From assembly GCA_963789815.1 (NCBI GenBank), contig CAWBMG010000011.1:63128-127127 (forward strand): 64,000 nucleotides of DNA, read 5' to 3'. Below are positions 28,524-38,368 of the stretch, piece by piece. The first letter of the stretch is position 1; every line of letters begins with the position of its first letter. Origin of the DNA: an uncultured Acidobacteriota bacterium (GTDB lineage: Bacteria > Acidobacteriota > Vicinamibacteria > Vicinamibacterales > UBA2999). A program made the position numbers and the translations under genes. Under the pieces are notes generated by a model. It saw only the letters and a list, made by a program, of their open reading frames with translations. It was not told the origin of the DNA and made no database searches.

Positions 28524-29576
28524 TCAGGACGACTCGGAGCCCCCGTCATGCGGCGCGTCCGTGTCGGGCGCCAGCGCCGCCAGCCGGGCCTCAAGATCTT
28601 CGACTCGTCGCTTCAACTCCGGCAGATGTTTGAAGATCACTGACGCTTTGCGCCACACTCGACTGCTGATCGCAGGATAGCCGGCGACCATCGCCCCGGG
28701 CTCCACTGAGTTCGTCACGCCCGATTGCCCTACGGCCACGGCTCCGCGACCAATCGTCAGGTGCCCCCCGACGCCAACCTGACCGCCAAACACAACGTCA
28801 TCACCAATATCCGTACTGCCCGAGACTCCTACTTGCGCCGCCATCAGGACGTTGCGTCCCACGGTCACGCCATGACCGATCTGGACCAGGTTGTCGATCT
28901 TCGCACCAGCCTTGATTCGCGTCTCGCCCACGGCTGGCCTGTCCACTGTTGTATTCGCCCCGAGCTCCACGTCGTCTTCGATGACGACGGTTGCAACTTG
29001 AGGGATCTTCTCGTGCGTGCCGTCGCCTCGACGCGCAAATCCATAGCCGTCGCCGCCGATGACCACACCGTTCTGCAGGATCACTCGGTTGCCAATCGTC
29101 ACCCGCTCGCGTATGGCAACGTTCGAGTGGATGACGCAGTCCTCGCCGATGTGCGAGCCCGGGCCGATTGTAACGTTTGGAAAGATCACAGTCCGGTCGC
29201 CGACAGACGTGCCTTCGCCAATGGCGACGAACGCGCCCACTGAAACGTCGATGCCGACTCTGGCATCCCCGGCAATCGCGGCAAGGGCGTGCACTCCTGC
29301 AGAAGGACGTGACGGCGGAGCAAAGATCCCGACGGCGCGAGCGAAGGCGAGATAGGGATCGGCCGTTCTCAAGATTCCGCACGGCGCGGAGGTGCCCTCT
29401 CGCAGGATCACCGCGGAGGCTTGCGTCGTGCGGAGCAACTTTTCGTACTTTGCGTTCGCGACGAAGGTCAGGTCCCCTGGGCCGGCGCCTTGGATGCCTG
29501 CGACGCGGACAATTTCGACGTCGCCGTCGCCTTCGAGTCGGCAACCGATCCGTTCGGCGAGATCCCGTAGTTTCAC
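28524..29576 (-). CDS. lpxD: UDP-3-O-acylglucosamine N-acyltransferase
   Basis: N-terminus MKLRDLAERIG and long hexapeptide-repeat (LbH) region. GTG start. Confidence 0.85.
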   Translation of the reverse strand: MKLRDLAERIGCRLEGDGDVEIVRVAGIQGAGPGDLTFVANAKYEKLLRTTQASAVILREGTSAPCGILRTADPYLAFARAVGIFAPPSRPSAGVHALAAIAGDARVGIDVSVGAFVAIGEGTSVGDRTVIFPNVTIGPGSHIGEDCVIHSNVAIRERVTIGNRVILQNGVVIGGDGYGFARRGDGTHEKIPQVATVVIEDDVELGANTTVDRPAVGETRIKAGAKIDNLVQIGHGVTVGRNVLMAAQVGVSGSTDIGDDVVFGGQVGVGGHLTIGRGAVAVGQSGVTNSVEPGAMVAGYPAISSRVWRKASVIFKHLPELKRRVEDLEARLAALAPDTDAPHDGGSESS

Positions 29577-29616
29577 GTCACTGATGCTATCGCGCTTTCA
29601 GGGCATCGTCGCGTTC

Positions 29617-29660
29617 TGAGCGTGAGCCCTGAGCCTTGAGCCCTGAGCCTTGAGCCCTGA
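29617..29660. repeat. heptamer array TGAGCC[CT] x6
   Basis: Read directly. It abuts the stop codon (29661-29663) of the upstream gene. Confidence 0.95.
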
Positions 29661-30335
29661 TCAACCGCGTCGCGACAACCGCTCATAAAACGCCGGAAGG
29701 TGCTGCAATCGCAACTCGCTGGCGATCTCATCGATCCGTCGCCGGCCGTCGAGGGGATGCAGTGAGCCGACCTCGCGCAATGCGCCGAGCGGCGGGCACG
29801 GCTTACCGGTCCAGACGATTCGATGGAGCCCCTGTGACGCGCCACGCATCGAGAGCCAATGCCCGACCAGGCGAAAGGCGAAGAAGTACGCGATGACGTT
29901 CGGCCCGGGCACGAAGAAAAACACGCCGGAGAGAACGAACCAGACGGAATCGATGATGAGCCAGAGACGATGCCGATCGTAGTCGCCCTTCAGCATTCGC
30001 CTGACCACTGCGAGGACCTCTTCTGGCGTGATATCGGGAGGATGTATCGACGTGGCCTCGGTCTGACGGCGCAGATGCCACAACAGCCGTTGTTCGGCAA
30101 TTCGCTCTGCCACCCACCCAAGCATTCGATCCTGCGCCCACGCGAGCCAACCCTGCGCGGCTTCGATGCGGGGTCGGCGCTGACGTTCTTCCGCCGCACG
30201 CAGCATGAGAGCGAACTTCTGCGCAATCTTGCCGAAGAGGCCCGACGCAGCGGGGGCAGTGTCGGGCTCCTCTTCTTGCGGCTCGAAGTACAGCTCGTAC
30301 TTGTCGAGCCCCATCGGGATGACGAACACGTCCAT
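29661..30335 (-). CDS. hypothetical membrane protein
   Basis: 224-aa ORF with one or two hydrophobic segments (WLIIDSVWFVLSGVFFFVPGPNVIAYFFAF). No motif recognised. Confidence 0.45.
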   Translation of the reverse strand: MDVFVIPMGLDKYELYFEPQEEEPDTAPAASGLFGKIAQKFALMLRAAEERQRRPRIEAAQGWLAWAQDRMLGWVAERIAEQRLLWHLRRQTEATSIHPPDITPEEVLAVVRRMLKGDYDRHRLWLIIDSVWFVLSGVFFFVPGPNVIAYFFAFRLVGHWLSMRGASQGLHRIVWTGKPCPPLGALREVGSLHPLDGRRRIDEIASELRLQHLPAFYERLSRRG

Positions 30336-30344
30336 CCAGCCGGC

Positions 30345-31235
30345 CTAGGACCTGCGCCGCAGTTGAGGTGGTGCTGACTGGTTGAGCGGGAAGGCCGGCT
30401 TACCCGCCGCTTCCCACGCGCCGGCAATCATCGCGGCGACCGCAGCAATCGATTCATTGAGGCGCCGCTCCAAAATCGGACGACTCGTCTTCATGAGTGC
30501 GGTGTAGTACTGGTTATCGTAGATGTCGCGACTGCCAATGGCATCTTGGTCCGCTTTGAGCACAGCCGGCGCGAGCTGAGCGCCTTCAACCACTCTGTCG
30601 AACACGAAGTCCCGCGGATTCAGGATAGGTGGGATGGCCTTCGGCGCAATGTTCAGCTGGTCGCGATAACGCTCGAAGAGAAAGGCCTCCCAGCGGACAT
30701 GGACCCCTCGCTGGCCGGTGAGCTGACCGTCGTAATTGACTACGGAATGGAGCGGTTGGTGAGCGTCGCTCACATAGTGCGCCAGCCAGGCCGAGTTCTG
30801 CAGGATGGCGTACCGGCCGAAAGCTCCCTGCTTCGCGTAGTCCTGGAACGCGCGCCGCAGGTTGCCATGCATTTCCTCAGCACGCCAGGGAAGGGTCCCG
30901 TTCCGTTCAATTTGCTCGCGGCCGAATTTCGCGATCGCTGCTGCAAGGTCCCGCGGAAGCTGCGCAAACGGGTACTTGCCGTAACCCTCCCAGTCGATAT
31001 TCAAGAAGTGGTTCGGACTCTCGATGGCGTCGAACCCGGCGCGCTGCCAGGTGTCCGGATCAATCGAACGCTCCACAAGCACGGCTCGGTTGGCCTCGAA
31101 CAACGCGCGTAGCTCGGCCGGCAGCAGGGCGATGGCGCGGTCCATGATGAACTGATGCGCCTCGTAGCCCCAGGCGTGCGCTGGCACAGGCACAGTGAGA
31201 ATCAATAGAACCAGGGGAACGACGACTCTGCGCAT
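30345..31235 (-). CDS. S1/P1 nuclease / zinc-dependent phospholipase C-like secreted protein
   Basis: Mature N-terminus AWGYEAHQ and a SDAHQPLHS motif. Signal MRRVVVPLVLLILTVPVPAHA. Confidence 0.6.
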   Translation of the reverse strand: MRRVVVPLVLLILTVPVPAHAWGYEAHQFIMDRAIALLPAELRALFEANRAVLVERSIDPDTWQRAGFDAIESPNHFLNIDWEGYGKYPFAQLPRDLAAAIAKFGREQIERNGTLPWRAEEMHGNLRRAFQDYAKQGAFGRYAILQNSAWLAHYVSDAHQPLHSVVNYDGQLTGQRGVHVRWEAFLFERYRDQLNIAPKAIPPILNPRDFVFDRVVEGAQLAPAVLKADQDAIGSRDIYDNQYYTALMKTSRPILERRLNESIAAVAAMIAGAWEAAGKPAFPLNQSAPPQLRRRS

Positions 31236-31279
31236 GATCGGAATTATGACGCGCTTTCGGCGTTGAGCCCTTACTTGAC

Positions 31280-32194
31280 TCAATGAATGACTGTCGAGGC
31301 AGCGAGCACACTGCCGGCCGGCCCACCAAAGCGCATGTCGCGTGCGGTGACGCGTGTGCCGCTTGGTTCGCGCTCAATCTGCCAGTACGGAAACCGCGAC
31401 CACACGAGGAACTCGCGTACGCTTCGGACGTCGCGCGCAGCGGCAACCTCCGGTGCGCGGGCGTTCTTCGGAATGGAAACAGGATCAAACGTGACCGTGG
31501 CGGGCCACGTCAGCGTGCCGAGCTGATATCGGTCGCCGGCATCCACAATGACGGTGCGCGTAAAGGGGCTAAAGGGGATCGGTCCAACCATCAAGGCATC
31601 CGGTGTGGCGCCGCGGAGCTGACGCCACGTCTCGGTGACCACCACGCGCCCGGCACGGGCGGAGACCAGCATCAGCGCCACGTAGCACGCCGCGAACACC
31701 AGCGCACCTTGCGCCGCCTGCGGCCTCCTCTGCCGCCGCGCGAGCCAGATGCCCGCGCCAAGCGCCAGCCACAGCCACACGTCCACGATGAAAACCGCGT
31801 CGCCATAGAACCAGCGCCAATCGAATGGTGCAAGGAGTCGCACGCCGTAGTTGTTCATGTAGTCGAGGATCACGTGCGAATAGACGCCGATATACGACAG
31901 CGCCAACAGCCACGCAACGCGAAGAGGCGGTCCTTCTTGGTCACCACTCGGGCGACGGCGTCCGAGTGCGACGAACACTGTCGTTAACACCACCGGCAGC
32001 AACGCCTGAGCAAGCACACCGTGGGTCCATCCGCGACGAAACGACACGGAAGGTGTATCGGTTAGGAAGACAAGCACGTCGACGTCGGGCAGGTTAGCAG
32101 CCACGATCAGTGCGGCGCTGCCAAACCGCGTTCGATGTTTGAGTCCCGCTTCTCCCAACGCTGCACCAACGAGCGTATGACAAACGTTATCCAT
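31280..32194 (-). CDS. YdjM-family (DUF457) membrane-bound metal-dependent hydrolase
   Basis: MDNVCHTLVGAALGEAGL... and multiple TM helices. Its ATG overlaps the AMMECR1 stop by 8 nt. Confidence 0.65.
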   Translation of the reverse strand: MDNVCHTLVGAALGEAGLKHRTRFGSAALIVAANLPDVDVLVFLTDTPSVSFRRGWTHGVLAQALLPVVLTTVFVALGRRRPSGDQEGPPLRVAWLLALSYIGVYSHVILDYMNNYGVRLLAPFDWRWFYGDAVFIVDVWLWLALGAGIWLARRQRRPQAAQGALVFAACYVALMLVSARAGRVVVTETWRQLRGATPDALMVGPIPFSPFTRTVIVDAGDRYQLGTLTWPATVTFDPVSIPKNARAPEVAAARDVRSVREFLVWSRFPYWQIEREPSGTRVTARDMRFGGPAGSVLAASTVIH

Positions 32195-32739
32195 GCTCGG
32201 CAAACACCTCGGCCTCAAAGACGAACATCTTCGCGCCACAACGCCAGGCGTCGAAGGCGAGCCCGGCTTTGAGGCATGTGTGCTGCACGAACGCGGCACG
32301 GTCCCAGCCGTGCTCCATCGGGACCTGCGGCAAGAGAACTCCGCGTCGCGATCCTTGCTCCACGATGAGCCCATGACGACCGATGTCGATATCTTCGATT
32401 CTGCTGACCTCGCGCTCCGGGGTCAGAACAGAGAATCTCAATGTCAACCGCCTCAACTTCTTGGACCGTGATGGGTGCGAATCGAGGGTCTGAGTCGGCG
32501 ACGATGGCGGCCAGGTGCACGATGACCGTCCCCAGGGGCCAATCGGATTCGAGCCGTCCAAGGCATCCTCGAAGGTCCCCGTCTCGGTGAATGGAGACAA
32601 AGGCGGCACACACCTCGTCGAGTGCCCCGCCGCGTTCGGCGAGCGGTTCCGACTCGCCGCGTACGCGCGCCTCGAAGGCGCGCCGCGCGAGACTCAGCAA
32701 TCGCCGTCGATCCTCCAAAGAGATCACGACAACCCCCAA
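32187..32739 (-). CDS. AMMECR1-domain protein (AmmeMemoRadiSam system protein A-like), apparent 1-nt insertion near 32428-32436
   Basis: Frame A ends ...RFAPITVQEVEAVDIEI. Frame B continues VLTPEREVSRIEDIDIGRHGLIVEQGSRRGVLLPQV. Deleting one nt gives IEISVLTPE. Confidence 0.7.
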
Positions 32740-32748
32740 CGTCTACGT

Positions 32749-32884
32749 GCCAACTCCCAACTCCCAACCTCTCCTTGTCCAACGCCCAACTTCCAACGCT
32801 CTTTGTCCAACGCCCAGCACCGTCTCGTGCAGGTCGCAACAGACAGACTTGGGAGTTGGTCTCTTTTGGGGAGTTGGGAGTTTA
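32749..32884. repeat. GGGAGTT-family hairpin element
   Basis: Left arm CCAACTCCCAACTCCCAAC. Internal 2x TTGTCCAACGCCCA. Right arm TTGGGAGTTGGTCTCTTTTGGGGAGTTGGGAGTTT. Confidence 0.85.
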
Positions 32885-32890
32885 CAAGGA

Positions 32891-33736
32891 TCACCAAATA
32901 CCCGCCGCCATGTATCCGACAACCGAAGACTTGTCTCCCGATACGTCGCCGGAATCGGCGTATCGAAGGAGCCTTGAGTCGGTCGCGCCAAGTTGTCGTG
33001 CCGTATGAAGCACGGCAACCATTGGCCCCCCGCCGCAGGCGTGCCGCGGGTCGCGCTCCAGTACGTCCATCAACCCGCCAGGATCGAGCGCCACAACGCT
33101 GTCGATCACGAGCGAGTCCAGCTTCGCCGCGGTCCTGGCGTCTTCGTAGTGTGACAAGTCGCTGCTGGCCACGAACAGCATGTCTGAACCCGGTGTCGAC
33201 GACGTCAACAGTCGAGTGGCGGCAAGGCGGGCGAGAGCCTCTCCTAGCAGGAACGCCGTCTGGCGAGTCTGGTTCCCCATCACAAGCGGAACAATCGGCA
33301 CACCAGGCAGGAGATGCGCGATGAACGGGAGCTGCATCTCGAGGGAGTGCTCACGACCATGGGCTTCAATCACATCCACGATCTCACGCGACTCCTCTCG
33401 CAGGTGTGAAGCAAGCTCTCGATCGACATCAACGGGACCAAAAGGTGTGTCCCATTCGCCACCGGACCAGAGAGAAACACCATCGAACGGAACGAAGTGC
33501 GATGGCCCGACCAGTACGACGCACCGGTAGTTGGCGCGCATTGCCGCGCGGTAGGCGAATGCCGCGACCGGACCCGAGTATTTCAACCCAGCGTGCGGGA
33601 CGACAATCGCCCGAAGCGGCCCCGCGGGGACGTCAACGTGAGCGCGCGAAACATACGCATCAACTTCAGCGGCCAATTCCTCGGGATCGTCCGCGTACCA
33701 TCGTCCGGCCACCGAGGCGCGCCGCCTCATACCCAT
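32891..33736 (-). CDS. Memo-like protein (AmmeMemoRadiSam system protein B)
   Basis: MGMRRRASVAGRWYADDPEEL, VPHAGLKYSG and SSDLSHY motifs. The ORF-track start at 33967 is an extension that overlaps gatC. Confidence 0.75.
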   Translation of the reverse strand: MGMRRRASVAGRWYADDPEELAAEVDAYVSRAHVDVPAGPLRAIVVPHAGLKYSGPVAAFAYRAAMRANYRCVVLVGPSHFVPFDGVSLWSGGEWDTPFGPVDVDRELASHLREESREIVDVIEAHGREHSLEMQLPFIAHLLPGVPIVPLVMGNQTRQTAFLLGEALARLAATRLLTSSTPGSDMLFVASSDLSHYEDARTAAKLDSLVIDSVVALDPGGLMDVLERDPRHACGGGPMVAVLHTARQLGATDSRLLRYADSGDVSGDKSSVVGYMAAGIW

Positions 33737-33784
33737 GCTCAATCCTAGCGCGAACGATCCGAACGATTGTGACAAGATCAAGCC

Positions 33785-34087
33785 GTGCCCACCACACTGA
33801 CAATTGCGGATGTCGAGCGCATCGCCGCCCTCGCACACCTGGATCTCACCGAGGACGAGAAACGCCTCTTTACCAAGCAGCTGGGCGACATCCTCGGCTA
33901 CGCCGAGCAGGTGCAAGCCGTTGACACGAGCGGAGTACCCGCCACGGCGCATGTCCACGCGACCCAACGCGTGGAACGAGACGATGCGCCCCAGCCCTCG
34001 CTGAGCGTTAGCGACGCGCTCGCAAGCGCCCCCGACGCCGCGACGGACGCGGGTCTGTTTCGCGTACCTCGAGTCATTGGGGGGTGA
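33785..34087 (+). CDS. gatC: Asp/Glu-tRNA amidotransferase subunit C
   Basis: [33 protein letters not shown] is typical GatC. GTG start. Confidence 0.85.
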   Translation: MPTTLTIADVERIAALAHLDLTEDEKRLFTKQLGDILGYAEQVQAVDTSGVPATAHVHATQRVERDDAPQPSLSVSDALASAPDAATDAGLFRVPRVIGG

Positions 34088-34089
34088 CC

Positions 34090-35547
34090 ATGCCCAATCG
34101 AAGCACCCGCGAGATACGTGACGATGTGGCCGCCGGCCGAGTCTCGGCTGTCGAAGTATGCCGCGAGGCCATCGCGCGCATCGAATCGACCAACCCGGTC
34201 TTGAACGCCTTCAACGTGATCGACCCGGACCGGGCCATCGCGTGCGCAGAGCGGATCGACCAGGCGCGTATGTCCGGCAACGCACTGGGGCCTTTGGCCG
34301 GCGTCCCCGTCGCGGTGAAGGACAACATCAACGTACGCGGAATGCGCACGACCGCCTCCTCGAAGATCCTCGAGACCTACGTCCCTCCGTACGATGCGAC
34401 AGTCGTCCAGCATCTCGAGGCGGCCGGCGCCGTGATTGTCGGCAAGACCAATTGCGACGAGTTCGCGATGGGGTCGTCGAACGAGAACTCGGCGTTCGGG
34501 CCCGTTCACAATCCCTGGGCAACCGATCGGGCGCCAGGCGGGTCCAGTGGCGGCTCGGCCGCCGCTGTGGCGGCGGGTTGTGTGTCGATGGCACTTGGAT
34601 CCGACACCGGCGGATCCATCCGGCAGCCGGCATCCTTCTGCGGCGTTGTCGGCCTCAAGCCCACATACGGCCGTGTTTCGCGCTACGGTTTGCTTGCATT
34701 CGCATCCTCGCTTGATCAGGTCGGACCCATCACCAGAACGGTGGAAGATGCGGCGCTCGCGCTCTCGGTGCTGGCCGGCGCCGACCCCGCCGACTCGACA
34801 TCGTCGCGCGAGGCCCTACCCGATCTGAGGCGAGCGCTCACGGGTGACGTGAGAGGAACACGAATCGGCGTACCGCGCGCGTTCGTGTCGAATGGCGTCG
34901 ACGAAGGCGTGCGAGGCGCGTTCGACGCTGCGCTCGAAGCTCTGCGCGGCGCGGGCGCGACGCTTGTGGATATTGACCTGCCCCACGCATCGTACGCCGT
35001 CCCTGTTTACTATCTCGTGTGCACGGCCGAGGCCAGCTCGAACCTCGCACGCTATGACGGCGTGAAATACGGGTATCGCTCTCCCGCTGCGAAAACCGAA
35101 GGGTTGAAGGCGATGTACAACCGGAGCCGCGCCGAGGGGTTCGGGGCAGAGGTGAAGCGCCGAATCATGCTCGGCACCTACGTCCTCAGCGCCGGTTACT
35201 ACGACGCCTACTATTTGAAGGCGCAGCAGGTGCGGACGCTCCTCAAGCGCGACTACGAGCAGGCCTTCCAGACAGTCGATGTCGTGGCGATGCCTACGAG
35301 CCCCATTCCACCGTTCAGGCTTGGTGAGAAAACCGACGACCCGCTCCAGATGTATCTCGCAGACATCTTTACGGTGAGCGCCAACCTCGTTGGCCTCCCC
35401 GCCATCAGCATCCCTTGCGGGTTCGTGGAGGGCCTGCCGATCGGATTTCAGCTGGTTGGGCGAATGTTCGATGAGCCGACGATCCTGCGGGTCGCTGACG
35501 CCTACGAACGAATCACCGTCTGGAAGCAAGAAGCGCCGCGACTGTAA
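34090..35547 (+). CDS. gatA: Asp/Glu-tRNA amidotransferase subunit A
   Basis: Amidase signature [15 protein letters not shown] lies 3 nt after the gatC stop (a GTG at 34084 is also possible). Confidence 0.9.
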   Translation: MPNRSTREIRDDVAAGRVSAVEVCREAIARIESTNPVLNAFNVIDPDRAIACAERIDQARMSGNALGPLAGVPVAVKDNINVRGMRTTASSKILETYVPPYDATVVQHLEAAGAVIVGKTNCDEFAMGSSNENSAFGPVHNPWATDRAPGGSSGGSAAAVAAGCVSMALGSDTGGSIRQPASFCGVVGLKPTYGRVSRYGLLAFASSLDQVGPITRTVEDAALALSVLAGADPADSTSSREALPDLRRALTGDVRGTRIGVPRAFVSNGVDEGVRGAFDAALEALRGAGATLVDIDLPHASYAVPVYYLVCTAEASSNLARYDGVKYGYRSPAAKTEGLKAMYNRSRAEGFGAEVKRRIMLGTYVLSAGYYDAYYLKAQQVRTLLKRDYEQAFQTVDVVAMPTSPIPPFRLGEKTDDPLQMYLADIFTVSANLVGLPAISIPCGFVEGLPIGFQLVGRMFDEPTILRVADAYERITVWKQEAPRL

Positions 35548-35561
35548 TAGACTAGCGCGCT

Positions 35562-36554
35562 ATGAAAACGATGGATCGACGGGATTGGCTGTGTCAGGTC
35601 GGTGCACTGTCGGTAGTGTCAGGCTTTCGCGCGGACGTCGCCGCCCTTGGTAGGACTGGCGCCGGCGCGGGTCAGGCCGCAGCACCGACGTCGACGTCGT
35701 CTGACACCACGCGGTTTTTTCCGGGCTTCAAAGCATTCAAAGTTCAGACGAGCGGCGCCCTGATCAACGGCGTCGTCGGGGGGCAGGGCCCGCCGATCTT
35801 GCTCCTCCACGGCGCGCCGCAGAGTCACATCACCTGGCGCTTCGTCGCACCGAAGCTGGCGGCAACCAATACAGTCGTCGTGCCAGACCTTCGCGGATAC
35901 GGCGATAGCAGCAAGCCGGCGGATGGCGAAAGTCACGTCAACTACTCGAAGCGTGCGATGGCGCTGGACCAAGTCGAGGTGATGCGTCATTTTGGCTTCG
36001 GCAAGTTCCCCGTCATCGGCCAGGACCGCGGCGGCCGGGTCACGCATCGTCTGATTCTCGACCACCCGGACAAAGTTACGCACGCCGCCGTACTCGACAT
36101 CGTCCCGACGCGCTACCTCTATACGCACTTCTCCGTCGAGTTCGTGCAGGCGTACTTCCACTGGTTCAACTATCTGCGCGCGGCACCGGGACCGGAGAAC
36201 GAGTTGAAAGCCGCCAACGACGCGGCCCTGGCGCGAGCCACCACCGACATTCAGCGCGAGTATCTGAGGTCGATGACGGACCCGGCCACGATTCACGCGA
36301 TGTGCGAAGACTATCGCGCGAGCGCATCGGTCGACATGCAGTACGACGAGGCCGATCAGCACAAGAAGATAGGATGCCCCCTCCGCGTGCTGTGGGCCGA
36401 GAAGGGCGCGATGGGCCGGTTGTACGACGTCCTCACAATCTGGAAGGAGTACGGCACCAGGGTCACCGGCCGTCCCCTTCCGGGAGGGCATAACCTGCAA
36501 GAGGATGTTCCAGAGCTCGTGCTTGGCGAGATTCAGGCTCTGATCAAGAGCTAG
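35562..36554 (+). CDS. alpha/beta hydrolase (haloacetate dehalogenase/epoxide hydrolase-like) with Tat-like signal
   Basis: MDRRDWLCQVGALS twin-Arg-like leader, HGAPQS and GQDRGGRV nucleophile region. Confidence 0.65.
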   Translation: MKTMDRRDWLCQVGALSVVSGFRADVAALGRTGAGAGQAAAPTSTSSDTTRFFPGFKAFKVQTSGALINGVVGGQGPPILLLHGAPQSHITWRFVAPKLAATNTVVVPDLRGYGDSSKPADGESHVNYSKRAMALDQVEVMRHFGFGKFPVIGQDRGGRVTHRLILDHPDKVTHAAVLDIVPTRYLYTHFSVEFVQAYFHWFNYLRAAPGPENELKAANDAALARATTDIQREYLRSMTDPATIHAMCEDYRASASVDMQYDEADQHKKIGCPLRVLWAEKGAMGRLYDVLTIWKEYGTRVTGRPLPGGHNLQEDVPELVLGEIQALIKS

Positions 36555-36570
36555 AGAAAATGAGACGCAT

Positions 36571-36891
36571 ATGCCGAAATACATGTTGAAGGTGTCCTAC
36601 ACCGCCGAGGGAACGCGTGGGCTATTGAAGGAAGGCGGAACGGCAAGGCGCGCCGCGGCGCAGAAGCTTGTCGAGGGCCTGGGCGGGAAGATGGAGTCGT
36701 TTTACTACGCGTATGGCGTTGAAGACGCCTACGTGGTCGTCGAGATGCCGGATGCCGTATCGGGCCTTGCGGCAAGCCTTGCGATCAACGGATCGGGCGC
36801 AGTTCGGTCGGCGACGATCCCGTTAATCACGCCGGAGGAAATCGACGCCGCGTGCAAGAAACCCGTGGCATATCGCGCGCCAGGAACGTAA
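36571..36891 (+). CDS. GYD-domain protein
   Basis: MPKYMLKVSYTAEGTRGLLKEGG...YYAYGVEDAYVVVEMPD. Confidence 0.75.
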   Translation: MPKYMLKVSYTAEGTRGLLKEGGTARRAAAQKLVEGLGGKMESFYYAYGVEDAYVVVEMPDAVSGLAASLAINGSGAVRSATIPLITPEEIDAACKKPVAYRAPGT

Positions 36892-36896
36892 CCCGA

Positions 36897-36983
36897 CAGA
36901 ACTCCCAACTCCCAATTCATGCTTGTCCAACTTCCAAGGACCACTTGGGTTGGGAGTTGGCCGTTTTGGGGGTTGGGAGTTGC
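36897..36983. repeat. GGGAGTT-family hairpin element (same architecture as 32749-32884)
   Basis: AACTCCCAACTCCCAA / CTTGTCCAACTTCCAA / TTGGGTTGGGAGTTGGCCGTTTTGGGGGTTGGGAGTTG. Confidence 0.85.
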
Positions 36984-37029
36984 TCCACCCTACCCTACGA
37001 CGGCGCACCGGCGTAAGATCAGGCAAGAC

Positions 37030-38365
37030 GTGTTGAAAGGGTCACATTCCGGCGGATCGTGGGCGGCGCTCCTCACGGCTGTGCTCGTTCTGTCTGCTTT
37101 CGGACCCACGGTCCCGATGGCCACGGCTCAGCGCACAGCTTCTTCTCCGAGTCCCTCTTCACCGAGTTCGCCGCCTCCGAGTTCGCCTTCCCCGAAACTG
37201 GCTCTTTCACAATTGCCTACTCTCTCGATGACCTGTCCGATGCATCCGGACGTCGTCGAGTCCCAAGCGGGCGCATGCCCGCTGTGCAAGATGAATCTGG
37301 TCCCCGTCCGGCTCGATTCCGCGTGGATGTGCCCGATTCATTCGGTCGTGACCGAGTCGAATCCGGGTATGTGCCGAATCTGCGGGCGAGACCTCATTCA
37401 GGTGACTGTCGCGCTCACGTGGGCCTGTCGCGGCGAGGTTGGTGGCGACCATCTCGAGCCCGGCCTGTGCGGCGATCGATCCCCGCGAATCGGTAAGCGA
37501 ACTCTCCGTCCGCATGGCAATCACAATCCGCAGCACGGGGGTCAGTTCTTCATGGCACCCGACAATTCGCATCATCTCGAAGGCACTTTTCCAAGCGAGC
37601 GGGTTTTCCGGCTGTATGTGTACGACGACTATGCGCGAGCGCTCCCGGCACCAGAGATGAGACAGGTGCAGGCGCGCGTGGTCACGCGTGAGACCTTTGA
37701 TGCGAAGACACGCACGACAACCGAGGTCACGGCGTTTCCATTGAAGGTGTCACGGGACGGCGCGCATTTCGAGGCGCGTGTCGACCTCCAGTCGCTGCCT
37801 GCCGTGATGACCGCGAAGGTGCGATTGAAGGCGGATGGGCCCGAGTACCGCTTCGATTTTACATTTCAGGGAGTGACGAAAGACCCGACGCCGGCACCCA
37901 CGATTGCACGGTCTAGGTCGGCGAGCCGGCCAAATCAGACGGCGCGACCGACAGCGGCGAGTGCCCCGGTGGCCAAGCCGGCTCCCGCGCCAGTCACCCC
38001 GACAATCGAGGCCGACACCAGCCTCGTTCAGCTGCCGATACCCGAAGCAGTGCCGGAGATTCTGGCGCAGTTGAGGACGCGCAACGAGCAGATCGGAGGT
38101 ACTCATCGCGCGCGGCGACTTCGGTGCCGTGTGGGTGCCCGCGTTCCAAGCCAAGGATCTGGCGGTTGCCCTCGAACCGCATCTCGCCAATCTCACAGAA
38201 GAGATGCGCCAAGCCGGCGAACCTTCCGTACGAAACGTGGTGCGTTCGGCCTGGTTGCTCGATGCCGCCGGGGACGTCGGCAACCGTCAGCAGATCGAAG
38301 AGACTTACGCATCGTTCGCGACGGCCGTCGCACAGGTCCTCGCAGCGTTCACGGAGGCTCGCTAG
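37030..38365 (+). CDS. secreted heavy-metal-binding-domain (CPMHP-type) protein, apparent 1-nt insertion near 38092-38098
   Basis: TCPMHPDVVESQAGACPLCKMNL and CPIHSVV...PGMCRICGRDL motifs, plus HGNHNPQHGGQFFMAPDNSHHLEG. The frame switches after ...RTRNEQI to EVLIARGDFGAVWVPAFQAKDL (ORF 38129..38365). Start is a GTG/TTG at 37030/37033. Confidence 0.55.
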
Positions 38366-38368
38366 TCG

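Noticed and set aside
33737-33967. Upstream extension of the Memo ORF (start 33967) overlapping gatC
   Set aside because: The conserved Memo N-terminus (RRASVAGRWY) begins right after the Met at 33736/33730. The extension overlaps the well-supported divergent gatC gene.
35619-36584. 321-aa ORF on the minus strand
   Set aside because: Antisense shadow of the alpha/beta hydrolase gene.
36919-37029. ORF-track start of the HMBD protein at 36919
   Set aside because: Those codons translate the GGGAGTT repeat element. The signal peptide begins after a GTG/TTG at 37030-37035.
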